DNA of 64,000 bases from an uncultured Candidatus Binatia bacterium (GTDB taxonomy: Bacteria > Desulfobacterota > Binatia > UBA9968 > JAJDTQ01). Location: contig OZ243916.1 of the NCBI GenBank assembly GCA_965213675.1, positions 32,001 through 96,000 of the forward strand. Reading direction: 5' to 3'. Position 1 is the stretch's first letter; every line of letters begins with the position of its first letter. Positions 36,908 to 47,323 of this stretch are shown here, piece after piece. Position numbers and translations under genes: made by a program. The notes below the pieces were generated by a model. It worked only from the letters and a program-made list of their open reading frames with translations, did no database searches and was not told where the DNA came from.

Positions 36908-39241
36908 CTAGGGCGCAACCGCGGCCGTCTGCCCGGACTTCCGGTCCACCGTCGTCAACAGCGCCGGCAGGAGCGTCAGGTCGGCGACGAGCGCGGAACC
37001 GATGATCATCGCGGTCAGGACCCCCACCTGTGCGGTGGGAACGAACGGCGAGAATACCAGTATGAGGAAGCCGGCCACCAGCACGACCGTCGTTGTGAAC
37101 ATGGCCTGGCCGGCGGTGTCAAAGGCGTGACGCACCGCTTCTTCGGCGCCCAGGCCGTCCTGAGACCGCGCACGGCGGTACTTGCTGAGAAAATGCACGG
37201 TATCGTCCACGACGATGCCTACGGTCATGGCCACCACCACGGACAGCGAGAGTCCCACCTGTCCGACCGTCAAACCCCAGACGCCGAAGCCCAGCACCGC
37301 GGGGACCAGATTGGGAGCGATGCTTATCAGACCCAGCCGCAGCGACTGCAAGGCGAAGAGGAGAATGGCGGAAATGGCCAGCAGCACGACCATGGTCCCG
37401 ACCACCATGGCGCGGATGTTGCGCTGTCCGATGTAGGCGAACAGCGCCGCGGGGCCGGTACTGTTGACGCCGCCGACATGCGGCGCGTTCTCCCTGAGCC
37501 AGGCCTCGGCACGCGCGTTCAGCTCAAGCAGCTCGCGCGAAGAAAGCGTCTCCGCCGATATCGTCACCCGCGTGGCGGACCTGGATCTGTCGAGCTGATT
37601 GTTCAGGTTCAGACCCTGCGGTAGCGAGAGCTCGTAGAGCACCAGGTATTGTGCCGCCAGTTCCTTGCTTTGCGGGATCCGGTAGGCGGCCGGATCGTCG
37701 CCGTGCATGCTCTTGTTGAGTTGCCGAAAGGTGTCGGTGATGACCGCCACGTGGCGTACAGGGGACTGCTGACGGTACCAGTCGGCGAAGTTGGCCACGT
37801 CAGCGAGGAAACGGGGGGCGGTGACACCGCCCTCGACGGATGCCTCCAGTGAGTATTCGATCAGGGTATTGCCGCTCAGGCGTTCGTCCATGAAATCGGT
37901 ATCCTGACGGAACTCGACGCTCTCATCGAAGAAATGGACCAGGACGTCATTGAGCTCGTTTCGCGGAATGGCCAGAATCATCGCGGTCACGACCACCAGC
38001 CATCCCCAGATGATCACCTTTCTGTAGCGCAGCACGGCATCCGCAACGAGCTTCATGACGGGCGCCCGGAGCCGGCGGTCCTTTGCCGCACGAATGGGAA
38101 GAAGCGAAAGCACGGCCGGCAGAAAGGTTACGGACAGAAGGAAGGAGGCGCCGACACCGAAAGCGACGAAGTTGCCCAGGTGACGGTAGGGAGGCACCTC
38201 GGAGAAGTTCATGCTCAGGAAGCCAAGCGTCGTCGTGAGGCTCGCGAGAAACACCGGATGCAGGTTGAGACGGATGGATTCGACGATGGCGTCGTGCCTG
38301 GATTCCCCGGCGCGCAGATGCCGCTGCAAAGCCACCAGCAGGTGCACGCAGTTGGCCACGACGATCATCAGGACGATGGTCGGCGCCGGGGAGATGGGCG
38401 GGGAAAAGGGTAAGCCGGCCCACACTCCCAGGCCCACCGACGCGAGAATGGAAAAGATCATGACCGTTCCGGTGGCTGCCACCCCCGCCCATCCGCGGGT
38501 GAGGATGCCGAGGATCAAGCCCATGAGCAGAAGGCTTGCGGGCAGAAAGATCATCTGGCTGCGGATGGAGGCTTCCACGAAGGTTTGGTTGACCATGACC
38601 GTGCCGACGACGCGGAGGTCCAGGCCGGGAAATCGTTCTTCCGCCTGCGCAGCCACCGATCTGGCGTATTCGGCCACTTCGGTCACGGCCTCCAGCAGGC
38701 CCTCCTCCGGCAGTTCAATGGTGACGCTGACAACGCTGACGTCACCGTTGCGGGCCAGAATACTCCCTGCGATGCGCGGGTCGGACAAGGCGATGGCGCG
38801 GACTCGGGACCGTGTTTCGGCCTGGGTCAGCTTTTGCGGGTCCACCAGGTCCCGCACGTACAAGTCGTCGCCGTCGGCGGTCGTGTATTGAAAGTTGGCG
38901 AGGGAGTCGACGCGCCTCGTGTAGGGTGTCCGCCAAGCGGCTTCCGTGAGCCAGACGGCGGCCGCGAGCGCGTCTGGCGACGTGGCGTCGCCATCGTCGG
39001 GAACGATCAGGAACGCGACGTTTTCGTTCTTCCCGTAAGTGTCCTCCAGCGCTTCCAGTGCCAGAAGCTGCGGATTGTCCTCGTCGAAGAAGATGCGGTA
39101 GTTGGCGGAGAATTCGAGCCGGGCAATGCCGCCGGCCGCCGCCGCGACCCACAACAGCGTGGCCAGGATGACCAGCCAGCGGCGGGCGAGCACCCACCTG
39201 GCGAATCGGGTCGCAAGTGGCTCTGTGGCTCCGGACGGCAT
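36908..39241 (-). CDS. MMPL/RND family transporter
   Basis: Two-repeat architecture, LASLTTTLGF.S, GIVVDDTVHFLSKY. Confidence 0.9.
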   Translation of the reverse strand: MPSGATEPLATRFARWVLARRWLVILATLLWVAAAAGGIARLEFSANYRIFFDEDNPQLLALEALEDTYGKNENVAFLIVPDDGDATSPDALAAAVWLTEAAWRTPYTRRVDSLANFQYTTADGDDLYVRDLVDPQKLTQAETRSRVRAIALSDPRIAGSILARNGDVSVVSVTIELPEEGLLEAVTEVAEYARSVAAQAEERFPGLDLRVVGTVMVNQTFVEASIRSQMIFLPASLLLMGLILGILTRGWAGVAATGTVMIFSILASVGLGVWAGLPFSPPISPAPTIVLMIVVANCVHLLVALQRHLRAGESRHDAIVESIRLNLHPVFLASLTTTLGFLSMNFSEVPPYRHLGNFVAFGVGASFLLSVTFLPAVLSLLPIRAAKDRRLRAPVMKLVADAVLRYRKVIIWGWLVVVTAMILAIPRNELNDVLVHFFDESVEFRQDTDFMDERLSGNTLIEYSLEASVEGGVTAPRFLADVANFADWYRQQSPVRHVAVITDTFRQLNKSMHGDDPAAYRIPQSKELAAQYLVLYELSLPQGLNLNNQLDRSRSATRVTISAETLSSRELLELNARAEAWLRENAPHVGGVNSTGPAALFAYIGQRNIRAMVVGTMVVLLAISAILLFALQSLRLGLISIAPNLVPAVLGFGVWGLTVGQVGLSLSVVVAMTVGIVVDDTVHFLSKYRRARSQDGLGAEEAVRHAFDTAGQAMFTTTVVLVAGFLILVFSPFVPTAQVGVLTAMIIGSALVADLTLLPALLTTVDRKSGQTAAVAP

Positions 39242-39304
39242 CCTTACGAGTCCATCCCATCACGAACATGGAACGAATATTTCCGGCCGGTCCGCATGTT
39301 CGAA

Positions 39305-42238
39305 TCAGGCGATCTGCCTTCGGACCAGTTCCCTGAACACCCCGTCGACCTCCAGGAGTTCCTCGAAGGAGCCGCTCTGCACGACTTTTCCGGCCTGCAG
39401 CACGTAGATGCGGTCCGCCTGTTCCAGCGTGGACAGGCGGTGGGCGATGACGATGCGGGTCGACGTCAGCAAGGCCAGGTTCTGCATGACCTCGGCCTGG
39501 CCTTCGTTGTCGAGCCAGTTGGTTGCCTCGTCCAGCAGCATGATCCGCGGGTCGCCGAGCAGCGAGCGGGCGATGGTGACGCGCTGACTCTCGCCTCCCG
39601 ACAGCACGCCCCCGATGGCCCCGACCATGGTCATCATGCCCATGGGCATGGCCTTGATCTCGCTTTCGATCCCGGCGGCCCGGGACGCTTGCCATACCTC
39701 CTCGGTGGTCGTTCCCTCGTGGTGCGAGACGATGTTGTCCCAGAGGTCCTGGGGATGGAGCCTCACGGCCTGGGGAACCGCGCCAATCTTCCGGCGCACC
39801 TGTTTCAAATTCAGGTATCTCAGATCGCGGCCGTCGTAGTACACCGCGCCGGCGGTCGGCCGGTCGATGCCGAGGGCGAGCCGGAACAGGGTGCTCTTGC
39901 CGGCACCGGACTCGCCGGCAATCGCGATGAATTCACCGGGACGGGCGCGGATCGTGACATCGTCGAGAATCAACGGACCGTCGGAGTCGTAGCGGAAGGA
40001 GATACGGTCGAACAGGACGTCGCCCCCCAGGCGTTCCACCGGCTCTCCCTCGACGTCGGACTCGGGAACCGTGGCGAGCAGCGGGCGCATCTGGTCGAAC
40101 GCGGGCAGCATTGCGGCAACGGCGCCGAAGGACTCGCCGAGCCGTGCGATGGCGGACTGGAAAGCGATGAAGACGGTGTAAACGACGAGAAAATCGCCCA
40201 CTGGGACGTTGCGCTCGCTCGCCGTGACCACCGAGAAAAGCAGCACCCCGGCGGCAAGGTAGGGAAGCGCTGCGCCGAGTGCCCGCGAGTGTCCCTCGAG
40301 CGCCCCCAGTTCGAGTTCCGCGCGTTTCTGCTCGCGATAATCCCGCGCCCAGATGGCGAAGGCCGACCCTTCCGCATTTTCCACGCGCAGCTTGGCGATA
40401 CCGCCCACGATCTGGAACAGCCGCCCGGCGACGCGGCGCACCGCGCTGATCATCCGCCCATAAGGTGCAATCTGGCGCAACCCAAGGGCCACCGTGACCA
40501 GCAGCGAAGCCGCGCTGAAGACGAGGGCGATGACTCCGAGGGTGGTGTCGTAGAAGAAGATGACGCCAAAGACCGGGAGCAGGAAAACGATCGACAGCAG
40601 GCCGTCGGCGACGACTCCCTGAAAGCCGTCGCGAAGATTCTGGAACGTCATTCCCGCCATGGCCAGATCGCCCGCCGGATGGCGGTGCAGAATGCTTGGC
40701 GGAAGGCGCATGAGGCGGTCCCAGAAGGCGGCTTCGACGCGGGATGCCGAGCGTCCTTCGAGCCGCATCATCGCCGAGCTTTGAAACAGGTGCAGCAGTG
40801 CGCCGAGCAGGCCGAAGCCGGCGAGCGTCGCGGCCACCGCATAGAGCGCGCTGGCACTTCCCCCGGCCACGACGTGGTTCGCGACGAATCCAAGCGCGAG
40901 TGCCGGCAGCAGCTTGATCAGGCCGCCCGGGAGCCCGGCAATCACCAGCCGCGCCAGATCCGCGGCCGATCCATGCAGGGCGATTCTCATCAGGTCCGCC
41001 GGTTTCACGTCCTCTGGCGGCAACGGCTGATAGAATACCCAGGCTTCGTCCTGCAGCGCGCCGGCGCGCTCCTCCGTGAGCCGGACACGGCGTTTGCTGA
41101 CGGGGTCCACTTCCTGGTAGCGCCCGAAGATTCCCGGCAAGAGCGCAACGGGCCGGCCGTCCTCGGCGCGGAATGCCAGCATCGCGTTGCTGTCGCCGCG
41201 CCACCAGTTGCCCTCGCCCTTGAAGCGCACGCGCCGGGCGCGTACGCCCGACGCATCGAGTACGTCCACGAGGCCGACCGGAGCACCGGCGGGTCCCGAG
41301 CGCGCCGGGATCCTGAAGTCGATTCCCTGATGGCGGCCGACGATTTGCAGGGCATCCGCGGTAGCCGTGTCCTCGGCCCTGGCTTCCCGGTCCATCGGCA
41401 GGTCGTAGATGTTGAAAAGCCGCTGTCGGGCGGCTCTTTCGGCGGTGCGGCGGCTGGCTGTCCGCTCGCGTTCGAGATTCGCATCATCGACTACGGCCAA
41501 CCGGCGGTTCAGGCGTTCCACGGCGAAGGCCAACCCGTGAAACGACGCGAGCGCCGGCAGCAGCGTGCCTTGCCGCGCCAGCGTTTCGGTTGATTCGCCC
41601 GACAGTGTCGCTTCACCAAACAACGTGAGCCAAGCCGTCCGCGTCAGCGGTATCGCGGCTTCGGGTGCGCCGCTTGCTTCAGCGAGTTCCGTCGGCCCGA
41701 TCATATCCATGAAAAGGCTTACGCCGCGAGGCGGTGTGGACACCCACACGACACCGCGCCGCACGGACAGCGTACAAGCGGCCAGCGTCTGCGTCACCCC
41801 GGGTCCGGCCAGCGCGGTGGCGCGCGGGATGTGACTTACGAGCCGTGAAAGCGTATCGGTCACGGCGGTAAGCCAGGTGTCGGTCTGTTCGGCCAGCTCT
41901 GCCGGATGAACGCCGGACAGCAAGGATGCCGGCAGGCGTTTCAGCAGGGTACCCGGCAATCCCTTGGCGATCACCCTGAGCGTGGTGTCGCCGCCATTGT
42001 CGTCTTGTTCGTCCGGCGCGACGCCCCACAGCAATCTGCCCGATCCGCAACGCAGCAGATGCTGCGGCGCCGCCTGCTGCACGCCGTCCCTGAATTCGAC
42101 CAGGAAGAGATCGGCGACGCCCTGATCGATGAACCAGACGCTATCCGGATCGTCGAGGTTCACCGGCAGGTTGCCGGCGCAGGGCTCGGATGTGCCCGAG
42201 CGGGCGGCGAGTTGGGCTATGGTTGCGTGTTCCGGCAT
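39305..42238 (-). CDS. NHLP system ABC transporter, permease/ATP-binding subunit without peptidase
   Basis: WWRGD..AMLAF, WDRLMRLP, GESGAGKST, LSGGE.QR, LLDEAT, IAHRLST. Confidence 0.9.
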   Translation of the reverse strand: MPEHATIAQLAARSGTSEPCAGNLPVNLDDPDSVWFIDQGVADLFLVEFRDGVQQAAPQHLLRCGSGRLLWGVAPDEQDDNGGDTTLRVIAKGLPGTLLKRLPASLLSGVHPAELAEQTDTWLTAVTDTLSRLVSHIPRATALAGPGVTQTLAACTLSVRRGVVWVSTPPRGVSLFMDMIGPTELAEASGAPEAAIPLTRTAWLTLFGEATLSGESTETLARQGTLLPALASFHGLAFAVERLNRRLAVVDDANLERERTASRRTAERAARQRLFNIYDLPMDREARAEDTATADALQIVGRHQGIDFRIPARSGPAGAPVGLVDVLDASGVRARRVRFKGEGNWWRGDSNAMLAFRAEDGRPVALLPGIFGRYQEVDPVSKRRVRLTEERAGALQDEAWVFYQPLPPEDVKPADLMRIALHGSAADLARLVIAGLPGGLIKLLPALALGFVANHVVAGGSASALYAVAATLAGFGLLGALLHLFQSSAMMRLEGRSASRVEAAFWDRLMRLPPSILHRHPAGDLAMAGMTFQNLRDGFQGVVADGLLSIVFLLPVFGVIFFYDTTLGVIALVFSAASLLVTVALGLRQIAPYGRMISAVRRVAGRLFQIVGGIAKLRVENAEGSAFAIWARDYREQKRAELELGALEGHSRALGAALPYLAAGVLLFSVVTASERNVPVGDFLVVYTVFIAFQSAIARLGESFGAVAAMLPAFDQMRPLLATVPESDVEGEPVERLGGDVLFDRISFRYDSDGPLILDDVTIRARPGEFIAIAGESGAGKSTLFRLALGIDRPTAGAVYYDGRDLRYLNLKQVRRKIGAVPQAVRLHPQDLWDNIVSHHEGTTTEEVWQASRAAGIESEIKAMPMGMMTMVGAIGGVLSGGESQRVTIARSLLGDPRIMLLDEATNWLDNEGQAEVMQNLALLTSTRIVIAHRLSTLEQADRIYVLQAGKVVQSGSFEELLEVDGVFRELVRRQIA

Positions 42239-42248
42239 GGGGCCTGCA

Positions 42249-44459
42249 TCAGCCTGACTTGACCAGCTTGAAGTACGTGCCGTCCCGGTCCGCCATCAAC
42301 TCGTCGTGGGTGCCGCGCTGCACTTCCACGCCCTTGTCGAGAACGATGATCTGGTCGCAGTCCCTCACGGTGCTCAGCCGGTGCGCCACGATCAGGCAGG
42401 TGACGCCGCGGCGCCGCAAGGCATCATCGACGTATTCCTCCGTCGCGGCATCGAGCGCGCTGGTCGCTTCGTCCAGAACGAGCACCGTCGGATTGCCCAC
42501 CAGCGCCCGGGCGATTTCCAGCCTTTGCCGCTGGCCGCCGCTGAAATTCACCCCGCCTTCCTCGACCAGGGTCGCATATCCGTGGGGCCGGAGCAGGATT
42601 TCTTCGTGGATGCAGGCGTCCCGCGTTGCGGCCACGATGACTTCATCCGGAACGGCCGGGTTCCACAAGGTGATGTTGTCGCGCAGGGAGGCGGAAAACA
42701 GCACTGCCTCCTGATCCACCATGGAAATGGACCGCCGCAGCACTTCCACGGGAATCTCATCCCGCGGATGGCCGTCGAACAGGATCTCGCCCGACCAGGG
42801 TTGAGAGATGCCCGAGACCAGACGCGCCAGGGTCGACTTTCCCGAGCCGCTGGGACCCACCACGGCAACCCGCTGCCCAGGCCTGATCACGAGGTTGAAG
42901 TCCTTGATCAAGGGCGGCCGGCTCTTGTTGTAACCGAAGTTGACGTCGCGCAGTTCGAGGCGGCCTGCAAGCTGAAGCCGGCCGTTGAACGTGGGGATGG
43001 ACTCCGATTCGGGACTTCGACGGCTGAAAACGGGGTCCTCGGCGGTCCTGGAGACGTCTTCCAGTCGTTGCAGATCGGTTTCGAGGGCGTGGCGTTTGTC
43101 GGCGAACTCCAGAAAGCGTCCGACAGGCGCCAGGAACATCTCGGCCAGGATATAGAACCCGACCAGCGTCCCCAGGGTCATTTGTCCGGTCATGACCAGG
43201 CTTCCTCCGATGCCCAGGATCGCCGCGGCGCGAAGCGCGGTGACCAGGCCCGGAAGCGCGGTACTGACGGAGGCCAGCTCGGAATAGAGCTGGCGCGCGC
43301 GCAGTTCGCGCGCCTGCTGACCGCTCCAGCGCGAGAAGAACCGATCATCCGACCCCGTCATGCGCAGGTTGTCCGCGTGACTCAACATCTGCATTCCGAA
43401 GCCGATCAGCAGTCCCTGTTCGCGCCTCATCGCGTGGCTTCGGACGTCCCGGAGCGCGTTGAGAAAGTGGGCCAGCAGTCCGTGCAGGAGGGCCAGCAGC
43501 ACGATGATCAGGGTGAGCAGGACGTCGTAGGCCAGCATGGCGAAGAGCAACACCGCGCTCATCGCCATGTCGATGAGAAGCACGAGAAACTGCTCCGTCA
43601 GGTTCTTCGCGATCCTGTCGATGGACGAGACCCGGTCGGTCAAATCGCCCACCAGCCTGTGTTCGAAAAACTCCACCGGCAACCGCAGCAGCCGGGACAG
43701 GCCCCGGTTGTAGCCGACAACGGAAATCCGCACCGCGAGCCGTTTGAGGAATCGGTGCTTGAGCAGAGACAGCACGTACACCAGCACGCCGCCGCCGAGC
43801 AACGCTGCCACCAAACCGCCCCAAGGCCCATGGTTTTCCAGAACGTTGTCCACGAAAACACCGAGGGACACGGGGACCAGCAGCGCCAGCAAGGTCAACA
43901 TGAGCACGCAGGCAAGCACCCCGGTAAGCACGTTCCATGATCCGGCCAGCAAGGTGCGCAATTGGCTGAACAGGCCGGGCCGTTCGCCGCCCGCCGTGAA
44001 ATCGGCGCCGCGCTTGAACTGTAGCGCGATGCCACTGTAGCTCTTGGTGAACTCTTCCGCGGAAAGCGTGCGCCGCCCCGTGGCCGGGTCATTGAGGTGG
44101 AAATTGCGGCTGTCGAACCCTTCGAGGACGACGAAATGGCTGAACTGCCAGAACAGGATCAGGGGCAACGGGAGCTTCTTCAGTGAGTCGGCGCGTAGGC
44201 TGAGCCCCCTGCATTCGAGGCCGTAGTGCCTGGAGGCGCGCGAGATGCTCGCCGCGCTGCTGCCGTCCCGGCTGACCTCGCACTTCTCGCGCAACTCGGC
44301 AAGCGGCACCCAGCGCCCGAAGTAGCCCAGAATGCTGCCGAGGCAGGCGGCGCCACATTCCGTCGCGTGCATCTGCAACAGAATCGGCGTGGTCACCCTT
44401 CGTTTCGACGGATCCGCGCCGGCCCTGTTGTCTGCCCCCCTGGACGCGCGCGGCTGCAT
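42249..44459 (-). CDS. NHLP system peptidase-containing ABC transporter (C39/permease/ATPase)
   Basis: LQMHATECGAACL, HFVV.EG, NDPA.GRR, GPSGSGKST, FSGGQRQR. Confidence 0.93.
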   Translation of the reverse strand: MQPRASRGADNRAGADPSKRRVTTPILLQMHATECGAACLGSILGYFGRWVPLAELREKCEVSRDGSSAASISRASRHYGLECRGLSLRADSLKKLPLPLILFWQFSHFVVLEGFDSRNFHLNDPATGRRTLSAEEFTKSYSGIALQFKRGADFTAGGERPGLFSQLRTLLAGSWNVLTGVLACVLMLTLLALLVPVSLGVFVDNVLENHGPWGGLVAALLGGGVLVYVLSLLKHRFLKRLAVRISVVGYNRGLSRLLRLPVEFFEHRLVGDLTDRVSSIDRIAKNLTEQFLVLLIDMAMSAVLLFAMLAYDVLLTLIIVLLALLHGLLAHFLNALRDVRSHAMRREQGLLIGFGMQMLSHADNLRMTGSDDRFFSRWSGQQARELRARQLYSELASVSTALPGLVTALRAAAILGIGGSLVMTGQMTLGTLVGFYILAEMFLAPVGRFLEFADKRHALETDLQRLEDVSRTAEDPVFSRRSPESESIPTFNGRLQLAGRLELRDVNFGYNKSRPPLIKDFNLVIRPGQRVAVVGPSGSGKSTLARLVSGISQPWSGEILFDGHPRDEIPVEVLRRSISMVDQEAVLFSASLRDNITLWNPAVPDEVIVAATRDACIHEEILLRPHGYATLVEEGGVNFSGGQRQRLEIARALVGNPTVLVLDEATSALDAATEEYVDDALRRRGVTCLIVAHRLSTVRDCDQIIVLDKGVEVQRGTHDELMADRDGTYFKLVKSG

Positions 44460-44460
44460 C

Positions 44461-45012
44461 TTATGATGGCCTCATTCCGAAAAGCGCGAGCGGGGACTGT
44501 CTGCCGAGTTCGATGACGATCCGGCATTCCCGACCCGCAACGGAATCGGCGTCAAGCCCCTTGTCGAGGGCGATACCGAGGCGGTACACGGACACCGGCG
44601 CCGCGGACTTCAACGCCGCCAACTCCCCGGACAAGGGCAAAGCGGAAACTGTCGTGACCTTTCCGTCAAGTGTGTCCGCTTTTTCGTCCGCCACACACTG
44701 CTCTATCGCCGCCGGCATCCCCGCCTTGATACGCCTTGCGACGTCGTTCGCGACCCAGAAGAGCGTTTGCACGGACCGTTTGCCCTCGGCCTGGCTTTCG
44801 CCATGCTCTACCAGTGCGCCCTCTACCGCAATGCTGCGAGGTACTTCGCCGAAGAAGAGCCATCCCGCGAGGATGCACAACAGCAAGGCGATGACGGCGA
44901 CAAGCGTACGCTCCCGCGGCGTGGAAATGGTCAGCAGCCGGTCGAGTTGTTCACGTTCTTCCTTTCCTTCGGCAACCGTGTTGTGAAATGAGTCGAATGG
45001 ATTATTGAACAC
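44461..45012 (-). CDS. short NHLP secretion (HlyD-like) accessory protein
   Basis: EQLDRLLTI..P, one TM helix, C-terminal QSPLALF; only ~183 aa; start uncertain (45012 or 45033). Confidence 0.7.
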   Translation of the reverse strand: MFNNPFDSFHNTVAEGKEEREQLDRLLTISTPRERTLVAVIALLLCILAGWLFFGEVPRSIAVEGALVEHGESQAEGKRSVQTLFWVANDVARRIKAGMPAAIEQCVADEKADTLDGKVTTVSALPLSGELAALKSAAPVSVYRLGIALDKGLDADSVAGRECRIVIELGRQSPLALFGMRPS

Positions 45013-45167
45013 GACCGTCCGTAACCTCCTCACAGAAATGGAGCAAGGACAAGGAACATCTCATGCGGCATGATTGAAAGGTTTGGAAGATTATATGCAA
45101 CCCCGACTGAAAATTCCAGCAAGTCCAGGAGCTTAACCTTTAAGGGGAATCAAGGTAGAATGCGGAC

Positions 45168-46064
45168 ATGTCCATGACGGGACCCGCGCGGATGCTCCTT
45201 GACAGTGAAACCGTCGGAAAATGGCTCATCAACCCGGGTTGGGCCAAGGGTATCCGGCGTCTCCGGGGTGCTTGGTTCGGTGTCCGGGTCCTGGCGCTGG
45301 CGTGTTTCTGCTTGCCGAATGCACATGCCCTTGCCCAGGAAGAAACGCCCGAGGACAAAGGTCTCAGGATCGCGCGTGAAGCGAGCGTCCGCGACGACGG
45401 CTTCGGGGATTTCATCGCCGGAATGACCATGGTGTTGCGCGACCGGCACGGCCGGGAAAGCGTCCGCCGGATGCGCTTCAAGGTGCTGGAGGTGCCGCGG
45501 GATGGCGACAAGAGCCTGTTCGTTTTCGATCAGCCGCGGGACGTGCGGGGAACCGCCCTGCTGACCCACGCTCACACCAACGCCCCGGACGACCAATGGC
45601 TCTATCTGCCTGCCCTGAAGAGGGTAAAGCGCATCAACGCCGCGAGGCGTTCGGGGTCGTTCATGGGAAGCGAGTTTTCCTACGAAGACATGAGTTCCCA
45701 GGACGTGGAGGAATACACCCACAAGTATCTTCGCGACGAGTCCTGTGGCGGACTCACTTGCACGGTGACCGAGCAGGTTCCCCTGGACAAGAAGTCCGGG
45801 TACAGCCGCAAGGTCGTCTGGCAGGATACCGGCGAGCTTCGAGTCTGGAAAATGGAGCTTTACGACCGTCGGGGCTCGCACCTGAAGACGCTTACCTTCG
45901 CCAACTATCAGCAATATCTGGATCGGTACTGGCGGGCGGGAGAACAGACGATGGTGAATCACCTGACCGGAGCGAGCACGGTGCTCCAATGGACCGATTT
46001 CCGCTTCCGCACCAATCTTCAGGACAGCGAATTCAACCACTTGTCGCTTCGACGCGTGCGCTGA
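45168..46064 (+). CDS. outer membrane lipoprotein-sorting (LolA-like) protein
   Basis: P.DV.GTALL, DDQWLYLPALKRVKRI, SFMGSEFSYED, YDRRG..LKTL; start uncertain. Confidence 0.88.
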   Translation: MSMTGPARMLLDSETVGKWLINPGWAKGIRRLRGAWFGVRVLALACFCLPNAHALAQEETPEDKGLRIAREASVRDDGFGDFIAGMTMVLRDRHGRESVRRMRFKVLEVPRDGDKSLFVFDQPRDVRGTALLTHAHTNAPDDQWLYLPALKRVKRINAARRSGSFMGSEFSYEDMSSQDVEEYTHKYLRDESCGGLTCTVTEQVPLDKKSGYSRKVVWQDTGELRVWKMELYDRRGSHLKTLTFANYQQYLDRYWRAGEQTMVNHLTGASTVLQWTDFRFRTNLQDSEFNHLSLRRVR

Positions 46065-47293
46065 TGCGATTCCGCCGCGCAATGGCGGCCCTCGTGCTCT
46101 TGGTTGCCGCGGGTGCCGAGGCGCAGTCTCTGGAGTTTTCGGGCGACCTCAGCCTCCAGGGGCGATGGTATCCGGAATCGCCGGCCTTCGCGGATCAGCG
46201 TTCAAGCACCGCCGGGCTGGTCGTCGAGCCGACGCTTCACGGCGAGGTCGCGCCGAGGACCAGCTTCACCCTCGCCGCGCTTTATCGGTACGACAGCGCC
46301 GACTCCCGGCGCACCCATGCGGACCTGCGCGAGGCCTACCTGCTGGTGTACGGAGACTCGGGCGAGAATTCCTGGGAGCTCCGCCTGGGAATTGACCAGG
46401 CTTTCTGGGGGGTGGCCGAGGCGCACAACCTCGTGGATATCGTCAACCAGGTGGACCTCGTCGAGCACCCGCGCAATCGACCCAAGCTGGGCCAGCCCAT
46501 GGCGCGTCTGACGATCTCCGGCGACTGGGGCCTCGCCGAGTCGTTTCTGCTGCCTTATCATCGCAAGCGCATATTCCCGGGGCGTCGCGGACGCCACCGA
46601 TCGGGCCGCCCGATCCACGACGACGCGTTGTACGAGAGCGGCGCCGAAGAGCGCCATGTGGACTTCGCGTTCCGCTACGGCAAGTCCCTGGGTTCCCTTG
46701 ACTTTGGGCTCAGTACCTTTGTTGGAACAAGCCGCGAGCCCTCGTTTCTTTTCGCCCGTCCATCCGGCCCGGTGCCGGCAATCGACACGCCTTTGATCCC
46801 ATACTACGAACAGATCCGGCAGTTCGGCGTCGACGCGCAACTCACCACCGAGCCCTGGCTCTACAAGATGGAAGCCATTCGGCGCAACGGAGCGCGCAAC
46901 CTCCGGGGCCAGGAGGAGGATTACAGCGCCTTCGTCGTCGGCCTGGAACGCACTCTCTACGCGCTGCTCGAGTCCCGGGCGGACTTGACCGTCCTCGCCG
47001 AGTGGCTCTACGATGGCCGCGGCCGCCGTGCTACAAGCGTCTGGGAGAACGACCTGTATATCGCGGGCTTCCTTGCTTTCAACGACGTGCAGGGCACCGA
47101 GTTCGTGGCAGGCATCCGAGTCGACCTCCGCCATGATTCTCGTGCGTTGAACCTGGAATTGAAACGCCGTCTGTCGGATGGTTGGTCGATGCGCCTGGAA
47201 GGGATCGTGAACCTGAGCGCGGACCCGCGGGATTTGACCTACGACGGGAGACGCGACAGCTTCCTGGGCGTGGACTTCACGTTCAGCTTCTGA
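46064..47293 (+). CDS. outer-membrane beta-barrel protein
   Basis: Signal peptide, DLREAY, WGVAE..NLVDIVNQ.D, KLGQPM, C-terminal FSF; ATG overlaps the upstream TGA. Confidence 0.8.
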   Translation: MRFRRAMAALVLLVAAGAEAQSLEFSGDLSLQGRWYPESPAFADQRSSTAGLVVEPTLHGEVAPRTSFTLAALYRYDSADSRRTHADLREAYLLVYGDSGENSWELRLGIDQAFWGVAEAHNLVDIVNQVDLVEHPRNRPKLGQPMARLTISGDWGLAESFLLPYHRKRIFPGRRGRHRSGRPIHDDALYESGAEERHVDFAFRYGKSLGSLDFGLSTFVGTSREPSFLFARPSGPVPAIDTPLIPYYEQIRQFGVDAQLTTEPWLYKMEAIRRNGARNLRGQEEDYSAFVVGLERTLYALLESRADLTVLAEWLYDGRGRRATSVWENDLYIAGFLAFNDVQGTEFVAGIRVDLRHDSRALNLELKRRLSDGWSMRLEGIVNLSADPRDLTYDGRRDSFLGVDFTFSF

Positions 47294-47323
47294 TGGCCCC
47301 GACACCTGTGGAGTTCCAGTAGC

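Noticed and set aside
38585-41593. 1002-aa plus-strand ORF, and similar long ORFs such as 4136-6310, 11662-14001, 22229-24241, 30543-32765
   Set aside because: Antisense shadows of well-supported genes in high-GC DNA; no recognisable motifs
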